A stretch of 64,000 nt of DNA from Trypanosoma brucei. Taxonomy: Eukaryota. Under the pieces are notes generated by a model, which did not search any database, was not told the origin of the DNA, and saw only the letters and a list, made by a program, of their open reading frames with translations. Within the stretch, counting starts at the first letter, position 1; the number at the start of each line of letters is the position of its first letter. The stretch is from NCBI GenBank assembly GCA_000002445.1, contig CP000066.1:160001-224000 (forward strand), read 5' to 3'. The position numbers were made by a program, and so were the translations under genes. Below, piece by piece: positions 52,945 through 64,000 of the stretch.

Positions 52945-55900
52945 ATGTTACTTCCACTTAGCTTGCTACAGAGCCACAGCCACGCCACCCGCAACTGTAC
53001 ATACGAAAGGCAGAATGTGGAGGGTGTTGTGGACACGAACCTCCTGCGTGACGTTGGTGGTTGTGTGGTGAATGGTGTGGCGTTTTGTGAAGCACCTAAT
53101 TCTGTGCAACTTCCTACCCTCTTTTTCCCTCGACTGTGTGCAAAGGGGAGTAATAGAATGAGGCGTAAGTTAAAGTTGCGGATCATCTCCACCTTCGAAT
53201 TTGGTTTCTGTCGCCCATCTTTGCGCTATCTTTCTTGTGTTTGGAACATTATTGCTGTAGTATTTCCCCGCAGGTTGTATGTCTTGATGATTCACCGAGA
53301 GTTAGCAGATTCTATTGCACAACTAGAAAGGGATCTACGCATAGCCGATGTTAACGGATCTGGTTTCGTGTCAAATGCCGGTTTTGAGAAGGCACTGTTG
53401 CTTAACGGTGGTTCGATAGGACATATTGAGGCTCTAATAAAACAGTACGGGTCCGAGGAACACGGCGAAGTTCACTATGCGCGATTTCTCAAAAATATGA
53501 AATGCCTTGCCAGTGGCTCTGCAGGGCCTTCGTCAATTACTTGTGGTGGGGGTGATATGCCCAACTCTGTTGCTAGTCAGCAGTGTCAGGAAACAGGGCT
53601 GGCATCGCCATGTGCGGGGCAAGCGGTGCCTCCACTAAAGCGCTGCCCGACTCCGCATCGATGCCCAATGGATATGGTTTGTTGTCGTGAGAGGATTTGT
53701 GATAGATGCGATGAAAATATCCTTACTAGTACCCCCAGTGGTCAAAATGTTTGCATAGAAACTCATAAAGGTGCTGTGTGCACATATGAACTTTGCCCGA
53801 ATTGTGCGCATCCCCTTCCAGTCGAGATGCGCGAGATAGTGGCGGATAGAAAATGCTGCGTTGCGAAGCCAACGATTACGGACACGCCCAACACTTTCAC
53901 GACGAGCACGTGGTCATGTTCTGTTATGGAAGGGAAAGGGGACAAAGCGAAACCGATGTCATTTTTTTCCACCACTACAGCTGGCTGCACAGATGCTGTG
54001 GTTGTGGAACCGGTGCAAAACAATAGAGCCTCACTAAATCAGGGCGAACGTCAGAAGTCGTTGGTAGAATACGGGAAGACATCATGTGCTGTGGGTGCGG
54101 TGGAGGTTGTGGTTTCTCCTGATGCATGGTCAGCTGGATCGGACAGACTTATCCCCCTCCGCGAAGTGTTTCTCGTTATCAGTCACGAGTATTGTGGTGA
54201 AGTTACACTTCAAAGTGTGTGGGAAGCATTTAAGTGCCGCGGAATCGACGTCCCATTTGTAGAATTAGAAATACTCGCGGATTCACTGGGCTTACGTGCT
54301 TCGCGTACTGAGGTTGAGTGTTGCACCTCAGGCACATGCGTTAGCGGTGCTAGAACACTTGGTGTTGTAGATTTCTGTCTTCTGGTTGCGCGGATGCGCT
54401 CTACCCTGATCGAGCGTATTCGCCGGTCCTCCCTGTGGGGATCGGTGAGAACAAAGCTGCTATCGAATCAAATCCCTCGGATAGGAGTGGCGAATGCCAG
54501 CGTTGCGGCGCAAAAACAAATAGGGAACGATGACCGTGACCCCAATACTGCTGGAAGGACAGACGGAATGCATATGGAGCAGCCGGTGGCACTCGATGCT
54601 TGTTCCTCTTCATTACCTGCGCCATCCCGTTCGTCGCCGGCGAGTGAGGCACCAGGGGACTGCAAGCAAGATGGGTTTCCGCCCGCGTGCTTGTCGACAA
54701 TGGCGGTTGAAAGCAAAGCGACTTTTGAGAGGACCCTGGGTGGATCCCAAAAGGCGAAAGACGGCTGTGGCACTTCAGTGGCTGTGGCATCATCGGTAGC
54801 AGAGGGTGTCGAACCGACGGCGTGTGCCAATGGTGAATCCATCGCAACGCAAGGGTGCTGGCCGTCGTCTTCCAACTTGAAATTTGCGCCACCGCGCCCC
54901 GAGAGCAACGGATACGTCTACACGAATGTTCAACAGATGCACCTGCAGCCAACAGAAGGCCATTTCATGACACCTGTCAAACAAACAAGCGGCTCGTATA
55001 GTTTATATTGTTGCCACAGCCGCTGTGGCTGCCCAAATCTAGCCTGCCATAATCTTCCGCAATCCGAATTGGATTTGGTGGCGGGGGGAAATCAATCCAA
55101 GGAGTGTACGGACATTTTGGGGAATCTGGTCGCCGGTGGCCGGGGGCTCTACAACCGGTGTGGGAGCCAGCCCACGGTAGGAATTCGTAAGTACACGTCA
55201 CCCGACGGCAATGGGCAATGCGATGGCGCAGCTTTAGGATGTTTGGCCAGCGAAGGCACCCCATATACGTCATGTAGGTCGGTGCCAGAGGCAGCATCAA
55301 TGCAGCTGTATGTGCCAACAAACCCCTTAAGGCCTCCCTGTGAGTGTGACGACCATGAAGGGCAGCAAGGCGCCGCTGGACCGAGGGGGGACCCCGAAGT
55401 AGCAGCCTCAGCATGCGCTGCTGAAGAAGGTACCAGAATATCGAACCATTCGGCTGTGTGCCCAACACCGGATCATTGTGTTCACCACACAGGCGGAGAA
55501 AATGACGAGGTTGCAAGTGTGGCTGCTCCCCCAGCCGTTGTTCCTCCGGTGGTAGCCCCTACTGTTGAGACTAGGGTAGGGCCGTCCACCTCGTCACAAC
55601 CTAACGGTAACCGGAAGGAGCAAAGAGAGCTTGTGTCCGCTACCTCCGGTACTCGGACTTGTCCAGTATCTCGCGATGAAGGTGTGGGGCAGAAGAGTGC
55701 GAAGGGGCCTAGGTCAGCATCGGCGGACAAAAAAATTTCACCCTATTCGTACCTTTACAAGGCCTGCTCTGACTCGGGGACCAGGGGTAGGTCCTGTGCA
55801 GCATGCGATGCGCGGCATGTTCCGGGTCCGTCGACGCAGTCATCCGCTCCTAAGGGTCTTCGAGAGCGGAAAAGGGCGACGTCAATTGGCCCGGTGCAAC

Positions 55901-56754
55901 AACCCGTTACACAGCCAAAGTTGTTCAAGGAGGGAGACCAGCGGGTTGGCAAAGCGTCGCCCGAACCGATATCGAAAGATGCCTTACCAAAGCTCCGGGG
56001 GAGGTATCCTAACCTGCTTTCGCATTGCAGCCGCTTAGACCCGACACATAGCGGGTGCGTTTCGCGGGAGCAGCTCAGAGAGGCACTTCACCTGGCCGTT
56101 CCAAGCCTGGCAGCAGAGGAAGTCGAGGCGCTCGTACGTGCAAGTGCGGAAGGAGGAGAATGCGAAGAGAGGTGCAACTATGTTTCGCTCACCAACCGCC
56201 TTCTCGACATGGAGCAAACTGCCCAACAAAATGGGCAGGGCTGCAGTTCAGACAAGCGCTGTGACGGGATGCAGGGATCGATCGAATCGTCTGCAGGCGT
56301 TGGTGGCGGCACGGACAAATTGACTACAGGAAATGTCGCGAATGGGGGCCGGTCAAGGATACATCGACTGCTACAGAACGAGTTAGTCAATGCTTCTGGT
56401 GGGGACCGGCAGCATCTTCTGAATATATTCTTTGCCCAAGATGATACCCGCACGGGGTACTTGGAGGAAAGTGTCTTCCGCAAATGCCTTGTACAGCTAT
56501 TTCAGAGAGGTCGGCGGGAGCTCTCCACATGTTTACTGGATCAATACGTGCGACTCTGCCGTACCCCTTTTGAACGGAAAACCGTCAGAGTTCAAACTGC
56601 TCCAGCGTGTGGGAAGCAAGCGACTCACGAAATAGTCTCGCCTCCGAGTTCTTCTGAAGAGAGGGCTGCTCGACAACGGGTGCGTAGCATTCCCAAACCA
56701 CTCTGGGCTGTTCTTTGTGATTACCGATATATGATTGAAGAGTTGAAAGTATAG
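52945..56754 (+). CDS. Large hypothetical protein (up to 1269 aa), Cys-rich N-terminal third, Ser/Pro/Ala/Gly-rich centre; true start probably downstream of the caller's
   Basis: Single uninterrupted frame. The called ATG at 52945 is only 260 nt after the gamma-tubulin stop. A polypyrimidine tract plus AG at 53113-53150 and in-frame ATGs at 53158 (MRRKLKL) and 53287 (MIHRELADS) suggest the functional start is one of those. EF-hand/DPY30-like flavour in ADVNGSGFVSNAGFEKALLLNGGS but no confident domain. Confidence 0.6.
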   Translation: MLLPLSLLQSHSHATRNCTYERQNVEGVVDTNLLRDVGGCVVNGVAFCEAPNSVQLPTLFFPRLCAKGSNRMRRKLKLRIISTFEFGFCRPSLRYLSCVWNIIAVVFPRRLYVLMIHRELADSIAQLERDLRIADVNGSGFVSNAGFEKALLLNGGSIGHIEALIKQYGSEEHGEVHYARFLKNMKCLASGSAGPSSITCGGGDMPNSVASQQCQETGLASPCAGQAVPPLKRCPTPHRCPMDMVCCRERICDRCDENILTSTPSGQNVCIETHKGAVCTYELCPNCAHPLPVEMREIVADRKCCVAKPTITDTPNTFTTSTWSCSVMEGKGDKAKPMSFFSTTTAGCTDAVVVEPVQNNRASLNQGERQKSLVEYGKTSCAVGAVEVVVSPDAWSAGSDRLIPLREVFLVISHEYCGEVTLQSVWEAFKCRGIDVPFVELEILADSLGLRASRTEVECCTSGTCVSGARTLGVVDFCLLVARMRSTLIERIRRSSLWGSVRTKLLSNQIPRIGVANASVAAQKQIGNDDRDPNTAGRTDGMHMEQPVALDACSSSLPAPSRSSPASEAPGDCKQDGFPPACLSTMAVESKATFERTLGGSQKAKDGCGTSVAVASSVAEGVEPTACANGESIATQGCWPSSSNLKFAPPRPESNGYVYTNVQQMHLQPTEGHFMTPVKQTSGSYSLYCCHSRCGCPNLACHNLPQSELDLVAGGNQSKECTDILGNLVAGGRGLYNRCGSQPTVGIRKYTSPDGNGQCDGAALGCLASEGTPYTSCRSVPEAASMQLYVPTNPLRPPCECDDHEGQQGAAGPRGDPEVAASACAAEEGTRISNHSAVCPTPDHCVHHTGGENDEVASVAAPPAVVPPVVAPTVETRVGPSTSSQPNGNRKEQRELVSATSGTRTCPVSRDEGVGQKSAKGPRSASADKKISPYSYLYKACSDSGTRGRSCAACDARHVPGPSTQSSAPKGLRERKRATSIGPVQQPVTQPKLFKEGDQRVGKASPEPISKDALPKLRGRYPNLLSHCSRLDPTHSGCVSREQLREALHLAVPSLAAEEVEALVRASAEGGECEERCNYVSLTNRLLDMEQTAQQNGQGCSSDKRCDGMQGSIESSAGVGGGTDKLTTGNVANGGRSRIHRLLQNELVNASGGDRQHLLNIFFAQDDTRTGYLEESVFRKCLVQLFQRGRRELSTCLLDQYVRLCRTPFERKTVRVQTAPACGKQATHEIVSPPSSSEERAARQRVRSIPKPLWAVLCDYRYMIEELKV

Positions 56755-57341
56755 AGGTGTTGCGGTCGCCGCTCAAATGACCGGTGAACAAGTGTGGGGT
56801 TTGCCACTTTTTTTTTCTCATTTAGTAAGCTTGCTTTTGTCCGTTATGGCTAAGGTCATTGCCCTGATATCTAACGGGCCGCTGGAATACTCCAAACTTG
56901 TGCCGTTTTCGGCGATGTTTACGACCAATAGTTGGTTTGCACTGAGCGAGACCGATTTTATAACTGCAATGACAATGACTCTTTCCTGCTTCTACTGCTG
57001 AACTGTCATTCTTACCGCGTTTGCTCACCGCACCTTCTTTTTCCTCGAATGTAATCTTAGAAAAATACAAAGCGGAGAGCGCTACAGCATATTTGCGTAA
57101 ATAGGTGTAAGAAGGAATTAGACACACAACACTCTGCCCCTGCTTGTTTTTTTTATTTTTCCATTTCATATTTATCTTGTGTATTATTTCCTACGCGTTT
57201 GTTAAGGTTGTTTGTGACTCAAATTGTTCGTAAGCCCAGTTGTGCTTTGACAGTTTCCCGCTGGTTGTTCGAGCTGACTTGGATTAGGGGCACCCGCAGC
57301 TTGGAGTGTTCCTGTTTTTTTGATTTTGTTAGCCTGCTGCT

Positions 57342-60300
57342 ATGAAGGCAGTTCAGAGGGTGTGCTCTGATGCGCGGCACTTGTACGTGTTTGGACGCGT
57401 TAAAGACTTTTTTGCCTGCGGTGATGCTGAGGTCACGGAACGTCTGACTATTCAACTCGATCAAAATTTCTCTGATGGCTCCCCCAACTTTATGGTTGTG
57501 CACGACATGCTCGAGGGGTGCGGGGCTAACACGCTGCTCTTCACCTTTCAGCCAAATCCTGACGACCCGGGGATTCCCGATGATGTCCTTTGTGTTGTGA
57601 ATCCGCAGAAAGGGAAGTTGCCGTACCTCACCGGCCGTGTGGTGTATTTGGTGCGGCCAGACAATGGCAAACCTATCAACGCAAAGGAGGCATCTCAGGT
57701 TGTTCAGGATATCACGATGGGTTCTCTCGATGGCAACCTATTGCAAAGCTTCGAACACCTCCTGATGGAAGTGTATACACCTATGTTCAACAAGCTGAGC
57801 AAATGGGGGAAGAATACTTTGGCGGAGCGGAATAGGTTTATTGTGCACCTCCTCCGATATGCGGATCGCATTTCAGAGTTACAACAACTACAGGGTGAGC
57901 GTTATGAACTGCGACCTGTTAATGCGGAGACGTGGAGGCTGCTACAAACAGGGGGCCTGAACAAGCGCGGTGGAATCAACGACCCTGGTGTTGTGCACTG
58001 CCTGACGACAACCGTGGAGGAATGGATTAAGGCTGTCTATGACGTGGTGCAGGAGGTGCCAAACTATGAAAATGAACTGAGTGAAGAGAAGGCAGGTCCA
58101 AAGACGGAGATTCAGCTTTGGAAAAGCCGCCTGGCGAAGTTGCGCCTGGTAGAAGAACAACTTGAAGCTGTTGAGGCGCCGCGAGCCGTGCAATACCTGC
58201 GTGAGGTTAAGAGCCCACTGCTACAACGATGGGTGGAGGTGGATGCCGCGCTTAATGATGCATTGTCGGAAGCTCAGGAGAACGTGAAGTACCTGCGTTC
58301 CCTCAGCAAATACTTTGATGTATTATACTCATCGGACATTGCCCAGATCATTAACATGCTTCCTTCGCTCATCAGCAACATACGGATGATGCACACGATA
58401 GCACGCTATTACTCGCGGCGGGAATGCATGACAGCACTCTTTTTTAAGGTCACCAACGCCATGGTTCTTTCTTGTAAATCAGCCATCAACCCATCGGGTG
58501 TGCGCAGTCGTATCTGGGAGTGCGGGCAGAGCCCCGAGTCCCTCAAAGAGTTGTTACACCAACTACACCTCAGTGCCGAGTGTAATAAGGCCTACAACAA
58601 AGAGTACAAGAAGGCGCAGGAAATCCTCGCAAGCAAGGATGGAAAACAGTTTGACTTTGATGAGTTGAAGTTTATGGGGCACTTCAATCTTTTCACAAAG
58701 CGTGTGGACAAACTGATCAGCGTGTTTAGTACAGTGCAGCAATTTGTAGAGCTCAAGGCATACAATATTGAACAAATGGAGGGCCTTATCCCACGGTTTG
58801 AAGAATACCTTGGCCATCTCCGCGGAAAGACTACCGACATCCTTGACATCCACGACAACAACAAGTTCGACGTGGAGTTTAAAATATTCGAAACACGAAT
58901 TGCCGAACTAGAGACATCGATGCAGGTGGCAATCAACTCCTCATTTGAGAACATCACCTCGACCGACAACGCTCTGCAGTTACTGGCCAAGTATCAGCGT
59001 ATTCTCAAGAATGAAGCTTTCGCCGCCGATTTGGAGTCCAAGTACCTCGTCATTTTCCACAGCTACGGTATGGAACTTGAGAATGACCAAAAGACCTATG
59101 AGCGATACAAGACCGACCCACCAGTCGCACGAAACATGACACCAGTTGCTGGAGCCATCAGTTGGGCACGGCAACTACTCCACCACATCAAGTCGCCTAT
59201 GGACAAATTTAAGACCAATCGCACAATCATGGCGAACACGAAAGATAGCAAGAAGGTGATTCGCACATACAATAGAGTTTCGGTTGCGCTGATTGAATTC
59301 GAGGCTATTTGGGTGGATGCTTGGAAGCGATCGATTGAATCGAGTAAAGCCGGACTTAATGCGACGTTGTTGGTGAGACACGAGGGGCGTTTGTACGTAA
59401 ACTTTGATTTGGAGATAATGCAGCTCATTAAGGAGACAAGAGAGTTGATGTTACTCGGTGGTATAGAAGTACCTGCGGCAGCGAGGATGGTGCTAATGCA
59501 GGAGCAGCGACTGAAGACATTTTACAATGAGTTAACTCACCTTGTTAAAGAGTACGAACGTGTTGTTGGTCGCGCTGGAAGTACGCGCAGCAAGATCGTT
59601 GGTGTCACTCGCCCGTTGCTTCAACCAAACCTCGACGCGCTTGATGCAGTGTTTCTTCCTGGTGAAACCACTCTCACGTGGTCTTCGTTAAATGTTGATA
59701 CGTACCTGGAACGAGTCCAAAAGGCAATTGAAGATCTTGACATTCTCGTCACGAAGGTGAATGACATCATTCAGCACCGAATCCAAGTTAACCTCAAGCT
59801 TATTGCTTCTACGCTGCTTGTTAACCTCTTTGACGACCATTTCTCACTTGATCAGTTCGTGCAAGTGCAGGAAAAGCATATTCGGCAGCAATGCGAAGTG
59901 ATGGATGTAAAGAACCGGGAGGTTGAGGGTGCGGTCGAGGATGTCGTGATATGCATTCTCGCTAGTCAGGGCGTTACTTACAGTACCGATAAGCTTGACA
60001 ATGTCCAGCGTGATCGCATTGCGACGCTCAAAGGGCACTTCAATCGTCTAATGTTCAAAGCGATCCTCACGAGCACCACCCGATCGTTGAACTTACTCAA
60101 GAAACGTGTGGGCACACGTAATCGTGTGTCCTTCCTTTTTGTTGAAAAGCCCTTCTTCGACGTTGATGTGCAACTTATTAATGCGGAGCCGTACGTGTTT
60201 TTAAGCCCTTCCCTTGATGAGGTGCAAAAGGCTATCAACCAGTGTGCAACGGCGGTACTTTCGTGCAGCAAATACATGACCCTTTGGGAGGGACTGGGCG

Positions 60301-63300
60301 ATGATGCGCTTTCGTTCTTTGAGGAGATTGCGAAAAACAAAGAGATTGTGAAGGTTGTTCTACTGCTTACTGGTGGCATCCACGGCTTAAAGAAGCAGGT
60401 AATGGAGTACCTTAACCACTTCCACAAGTACGAGTATCTGTGGAAGTTGGACATGAACGAAGCTTATGATGAATTCAACTCAAACGACCCAACACTTGAC
60501 GACTACGAGCAACGTTTACAAGGTTACGTGGCGTTGCATGATGAAATTGAGGGGCTCACGTCTGTGTTCAACATCGGCAGTCTGGCACTGCACAACAAGC
60601 CCCTTAAGGCCGATCTTCTTCGGAAAGTCATCGAGTGGAAGGAGCTCTTTTCCAACAAGTTGCACGCCAAAGCACAATTGGAACTAGACAGCTTAACACA
60701 CAAAATGGATGAGGAGGCGCATCAGCTCTCGTTACCCATCCCTGATCAGGAGAAGCTGGAGGACTTGCGCGTTCTGATGAACACTCTGCAGGACATCCGT
60801 GATAGGGAGTCACTGGTGGAGTTCCAGTTTTACCCCGTGCAACAGGCATATGCATTGTTGCAGCGCTTCAACGTTCCTATTTTCAAGGAGGAAATCGACC
60901 GTGTGGAGGATATTCGGTTCAAGTGGCGCAAACTACATGCGCTGGCAGAGCGACGCTCAGACGAGATCAACAATCTTCAGTACGGTTTTAAGAAAGGTCT
61001 TACGCAGGAGGTGCAGAAATTTGGTGCCGAAGTCATTGCTTTCCGTAACGATTATGACTCCCATGGACCGATGGTAGAGGGTTTGAAACCTCAAGAAGCT
61101 ATGGAGCGTCTAAAGCGTTACCAACGCCAGTTTGATGACAAGTACCGTAAGTGGATTACCCTTATGGCAGGTGAGGAACTCTTCGGTCTTCCCCTGCACA
61201 AATACCCGGAATTAGTTAAAACAAAGAAGGAGCTTGAGCTCCTCGACAAGTTATACACGTTGTACATTAATGTGCTTCATAAGGTTGACGGGTACAATGA
61301 TATTTTGTGGTGTGAGTTAGATTTCGATGCCATCGCGGAGGAAGTGAGTGTATTTGTGAGCCAGTGTAAGCGTTTGCCCAAGTCGTTGCGGGATTGGGAC
61401 GCGTATGTCGAACTTAAGAAAATTCTTGACGACTTCATGGAACTCCAGCCTGTGATTCAGGAGTTGAAGAATCCCGCAGTGGTTGAGCGGCACTGGCAGG
61501 AGATCATGCGTGTAACGGGACATAAGTGGCGAACCGATCCTGATCTGTTTAAACTTCAGAACCTTGTGGACGCGAACTTACTTCGCGTGGTGGATGAAGT
61601 CGTTGATATTGCGAGTTCATCCGTACGCGAGTCTGAAGTCGAGGCGAAATTTCGGGCGCAAGAGGTGTTGTGGAAGGATCAGGAACTGAAGTTCTCAGAG
61701 TTTAAGCATCGTGGACCTATCATATTAAAGGGTGATGATACAACGTCTAAGCGCGAGGCCTTGGATGAGTCATCGCTGGCCATTAACTCCATGCTATCGT
61801 CTCGTTATTGTGCTTTCATGCGCGATACCATACAAGGTTTCCTTCAAAAGTTAGTGAAGGTGAGTGAGATCATAGCCCTGTGGGTTGAGGTGCAGTTTAC
61901 ATGGCAGTACCTTGAAGCGGTGTTTGCAGGTGGTGACATCATGAAGCAGTTGCCCCAGGAGGCCAAACGGTTTGCGATGATCGATAAGGCATGGCAGAAA
62001 ATTATGAACAAGGCCAATGAGACACCCAATGTTCTTGAGTTCTGCTACGAAAACGAGCTACTCCAGAACCTTCCAAACCTGAAGGAGCAGTTGGATGAGT
62101 GTCAGCGGAAACTCTCTCTGTATCTGGAGCAGAAGCGTAATTTGTTTCCACGATTCTACTTTGTTTCTGATACGGTGCTGTTGGAAATCCTGTCTCAGGC
62201 GAGCGACCCGCAATCCATTCAGCCACATTTGGCATCGATCTTTGACGGTCTCTCATCTGTGCGGTTCGAGCGTGTGAAACCCAAGGAAGCAGGGGCGCAG
62301 CCGTACTTCCAAATTGTTGAGATGATTTCTGGTGAGGGAGAGTCACTCATGATGCGAGAACCTACACCGTGCGTAGGTAATGTGGAGGATTGGCTAAACC
62401 GTCTGTGTAGTGGTATGACTGACACTGTGAGAGAAGTGGTGAAGGCGAGTGTTATGGAGTTGGGTACACTGTTGGGAAATACGAATTACTTGGGAAGCAT
62501 TATCGAGCGTTACCCGGCACAGGTTTCCCTTCTCATGCTGCAGTTTTTCTGGACGGCCGACGTGACGGAGTGTATTACAAAGGGTATTATGAGATCCCGT
62601 GGGCGCGAAGCAGCAACATCACGAGCTAAGTGCGATGCAGTGAAGAACTTTCTTGTTAGTCTAACGACGTCACCTGAACTTGAGCGGCAGCCTAAGCGTA
62701 TGCGTACCAATGTGGAGACTCTCATTACGATTCAAGTGCATCAGCAGGAGGTGTTTATTGATTTGCAGAAGGCCTCCATTAAGGAGCTCACACATTTCGA
62801 TTGGCTGAAACAAGCCCGTTTCTACTACAAGCCAGAGCGTGACCTTACCATTATTTCAATTGCTGATTCTGACACAGAGTACTGCAACGAGTACTTGGGA
62901 GTTAAGGAGCGTTTGGTCATCACCCCGCTGACAGATCGCTGCTACATCACGTTGTCGCAGGCGCTCGCTATGTACATGGGCGGTGCCCCGGCTGGACCTG
63001 CAGGTACAGGTAAAACCGAAACTACAAAGGATCTCGCCCGTACATATGGCAAGTTTTGCGTCGTCTTCAATTGCTCAGATCAGCTGGACAGGCATGCGAT
63101 GGGGAAAATTATACGCGGTCTTTCCCAGGCTAATGCGTGGGGTTGTTTTGATGAGTTCAACCGTATCGACCTTCCCGTCCTCTCCGTCGTTGCGCAGCAA
63201 GTTTCTTGTGTGCTTCAGGCACTTAAGCAGCACAAAGACAAGTTCATCTTTATCGATGGGCAGGTCACCGACCTGATGCCCGGGGTTGGATTCTTCATTA

Positions 63301-64000
63301 CCATGAACCCTGGTTACGCAGGACGACAGGAGCTGCCGGAGAACCTGAAAATTCTTTTCCGTGGTGTTACGATGATGATCCCTGACCGTCAGACCATTAT
63401 GAAGGTCAAGTTGGCCTCACAAGGGTACAGTCTCGATGACCTGTTGAGTAAAAAGTTTTTCACATTGTATAAGCTCTGCGAAGAGCAGTTGTCGAAACAG
63501 CGGCACTACGACTTTGGTCTCCGTAACATTTTATCTGTGCTGCGTACAGCCGGTGCGGTGCTGCGTCGCAATCCAGGTAAGGATGAGGAGGATCTTTTCA
63601 TGCGCACGCTGCGCGACATGAACCTCTCCAAATTGGTGTTTGAAGATATAGAGTTGTTTGACTCGTTATTACGCGATATGTTCCCTGGACGACAGTTTGT
63701 TAAGGGCTCGCATCCTGAGATTGAGGGAGAGTTAGCGAAGGTGATCGAGGGAAAAGGTTTGCAGCTATGGGGACCATGGATAAGCAAGGTGTTGCAGTTG
63801 TACGAAACAAAGTTGGTGCGTCACGGTATTATGGTAGTTGGGCCTGCTATGTGTGGCAAAACACAGTGTTACGACGTCATGACGGAAACGCTTAGTCGCA
63901 CGACGGTGCCTCATCAGCAGTTGCGTATGAATCCGAAGGCCATTACGGCACCGCAGATGTTTGGTCGCATCGATGTCTCGGGAGACTGGCATGATGGCGT
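57342..64000 (+). CDS. Axonemal dynein heavy chain (5' roughly 2200 codons; continues past window end)
   Basis: ATG at 57342. Uninterrupted frame to the window end. N-terminal DHC tail regions. AAA1 Walker [15 protein letters not shown] at about 62992-63030, followed by VFNCSDQLD...[23 protein letters not shown]. This matches axonemal heavy chains (TETTKDL / VFNCSEQMD / RI..VLSVVA.QV) better than cytoplasmic dynein-1. AAA2 P-loop GPAMCGKT near 63841. About 1880 aa precede AAA1, consistent with an outer-arm-type chain. Confidence 0.9.
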   Translation, partial: MKAVQRVCSDARHLYVFGRVKDFFACGDAEVTERLTIQLDQNFSDGSPNFMVVHDMLEGCGANTLLFTFQPNPDDPGIPDDVLCVVNPQKGKLPYLTGRVVYLVRPDNGKPINAKEASQVVQDITMGSLDGNLLQSFEHLLMEVYTPMFNKLSKWGKNTLAERNRFIVHLLRYADRISELQQLQGERYELRPVNAETWRLLQTGGLNKRGGINDPGVVHCLTTTVEEWIKAVYDVVQEVPNYENELSEEKAGPKTEIQLWKSRLAKLRLVEEQLEAVEAPRAVQYLREVKSPLLQRWVEVDAALNDALSEAQENVKYLRSLSKYFDVLYSSDIAQIINMLPSLISNIRMMHTIARYYSRRECMTALFFKVTNAMVLSCKSAINPSGVRSRIWECGQSPESLKELLHQLHLSAECNKAYNKEYKKAQEILASKDGKQFDFDELKFMGHFNLFTKRVDKLISVFSTVQQFVELKAYNIEQMEGLIPRFEEYLGHLRGKTTDILDIHDNNKFDVEFKIFETRIAELETSMQVAINSSFENITSTDNALQLLAKYQRILKNEAFAADLESKYLVIFHSYGMELENDQKTYERYKTDPPVARNMTPVAGAISWARQLLHHIKSPMDKFKTNRTIMANTKDSKKVIRTYNRVSVALIEFEAIWVDAWKRSIESSKAGLNATLLVRHEGRLYVNFDLEIMQLIKETRELMLLGGIEVPAAARMVLMQEQRLKTFYNELTHLVKEYERVVGRAGSTRSKIVGVTRPLLQPNLDALDAVFLPGETTLTWSSLNVDTYLERVQKAIEDLDILVTKVNDIIQHRIQVNLKLIASTLLVNLFDDHFSLDQFVQVQEKHIRQQCEVMDVKNREVEGAVEDVVICILASQGVTYSTDKLDNVQRDRIATLKGHFNRLMFKAILTSTTRSLNLLKKRVGTRNRVSFLFVEKPFFDVDVQLINAEPYVFLSPSLDEVQKAINQCATAVLSCSKYMTLWEGLGDDALSFFEEIAKNKEIVKVVLLLTGGIHGLKKQVMEYLNHFHKYEYLWKLDMNEAYDEFNSNDPTLDDYEQRLQGYVALHDEIEGLTSVFNIGSLALHNKPLKADLLRKVIEWKELFSNKLHAKAQLELDSLTHKMDEEAHQLSLPIPDQEKLEDLRVLMNTLQDIRDRESLVEFQFYPVQQAYALLQRFNVPIFKEEIDRVEDIRFKWRKLHALAERRSDEINNLQYGFKKGLTQEVQKFGAEVIAFRNDYDSHGPMVEGLKPQEAMERLKRYQRQFDDKYRKWITLMAGEELFGLPLHKYPELVKTKKELELLDKLYTLYINVLHKVDGYNDILWCELDFDAIAEEVSVFVSQCKRLPKSLRDWDAYVELKKILDDFMELQPVIQELKNPAVVERHWQEIMRVTGHKWRTDPDLFKLQNLVDANLLRVVDEVVDIASSSVRESEVEAKFRAQEVLWKDQELKFSEFKHRGPIILKGDDTTSKREALDESSLAINSMLSSRYCAFMRDTIQGFLQKLVKVSEIIALWVEVQFTWQYLEAVFAGGDIMKQLPQEAKRFAMIDKAWQKIMNKANETPNVLEFCYENELLQNLPNLKEQLDECQRKLSLYLEQKRNLFPRFYFVSDTVLLEILSQASDPQSIQPHLASIFDGLSSVRFERVKPKEAGAQPYFQIVEMISGEGESLMMREPTPCVGNVEDWLNRLCSGMTDTVREVVKASVMELGTLLGNTNYLGSIIERYPAQVSLLMLQFFWTADVTECITKGIMRSRGREAATSRAKCDAVKNFLVSLTTSPELERQPKRMRTNVETLITIQVHQQEVFIDLQKASIKELTHFDWLKQARFYYKPERDLTIISIADSDTEYCNEYLGVKERLVITPLTDRCYITLSQALAMYMGGAPAGPAGTGKTETTKDLARTYGKFCVVFNCSDQLDRHAMGKIIRGLSQANAWGCFDEFNRIDLPVLSVVAQQVSCVLQALKQHKDKFIFIDGQVTDLMPGVGFFITMNPGYAGRQELPENLKILFRGVTMMIPDRQTIMKVKLASQGYSLDDLLSKKFFTLYKLCEEQLSKQRHYDFGLRNILSVLRTAGAVLRRNPGKDEEDLFMRTLRDMNLSKLVFEDIELFDSLLRDMFPGRQFVKGSHPEIEGELAKVIEGKGLQLWGPWISKVLQLYETKLVRHGIMVVGPAMCGKTQCYDVMTETLSRTTVPHQQLRMNPKAITAPQMFGRIDVSGDWHDG

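Noticed and set aside
1-64000. Prokaryotic-style novel system (defence island, CRISPR, toxin-antitoxin, operon)
   Set aside because: No CRISPR-like direct-repeat/spacer periodicity and no short-spaced co-directional operons with RBS-like context. The proteins are eukaryotic housekeeping and regulatory types (gamma-tubulin, dynein, proteasome, FEN1). Spacers are kb-scale with polypyrimidine tracts. The locus is a kinetoplastid nuclear region, so that class of system is not expected here.

Overview
This window is a gene-dense, intron-less eukaryotic region with trypanosomatid polycistronic architecture, not a prokaryotic locus. From the conserved products it is most consistent with a Trypanosoma brucei-group core chromosome; that assignment comes from memory, not a search.

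About 24 genes (two of them newly proposed small ORFs, plus one partial ORF at the window edge) lie head-to-tail on the minus strand from 1 to about 41.9 kb. A 4.3 kb divergent strand-switch region follows at 41962-46218. Seven genes then lie on the plus strand from 46.2 kb to the window end.

Confidently recognisable products:
- cytochrome P450
- CMGC protein kinase with a TDY activation loop
- RING-CH (MARCH-like) membrane E3 ligase
- small WW + CCCH protein (ZFP3-like)
- a second CCCH protein
- two SET-domain proteins
- proteasome alpha1 subunit
- vacuolar-iron-transporter homologue
- FEN1 flap endonuclease
- mitochondrial acyl carrier protein
- ankyrin-repeat protein
- PUB-domain protein
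- gamma-tubulin
- 5' two-thirds of an axonemal dynein heavy chain

Intergenic regions are long and low-complexity, with polypyrimidine tracts and (TA)n, (CA)n, (ACAG)n and (TCATA)n microsatellites, as expected for trans-splicing and polyadenylation spacers.

The ORF track treats GTG/TTG/CTG as Met. I re-set several starts to the first in-frame ATG; this exposes signal peptides on three products.

No CRISPR array, operon-like defence cassette or other bacterial-type system is present. The most unusual signals are:
(i) a roughly 430 bp dispersed repeat family in three same-orientation copies at 7.9, 29.9 and 35.2 kb, one of which fills almost a whole intergenic spacer;
(ii) mirrored GT-rich/CA-rich strand asymmetry and a T13G13 tract inside the divergent strand-switch region, where a bidirectional Pol II start is expected;
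(iii) two probably unannotated small membrane-protein ORFs;
(iv) an LRR + CCCH + transmembrane protein, a SET protein with a membrane anchor, and a RING-CH protein carrying an N8/D-rich tract.
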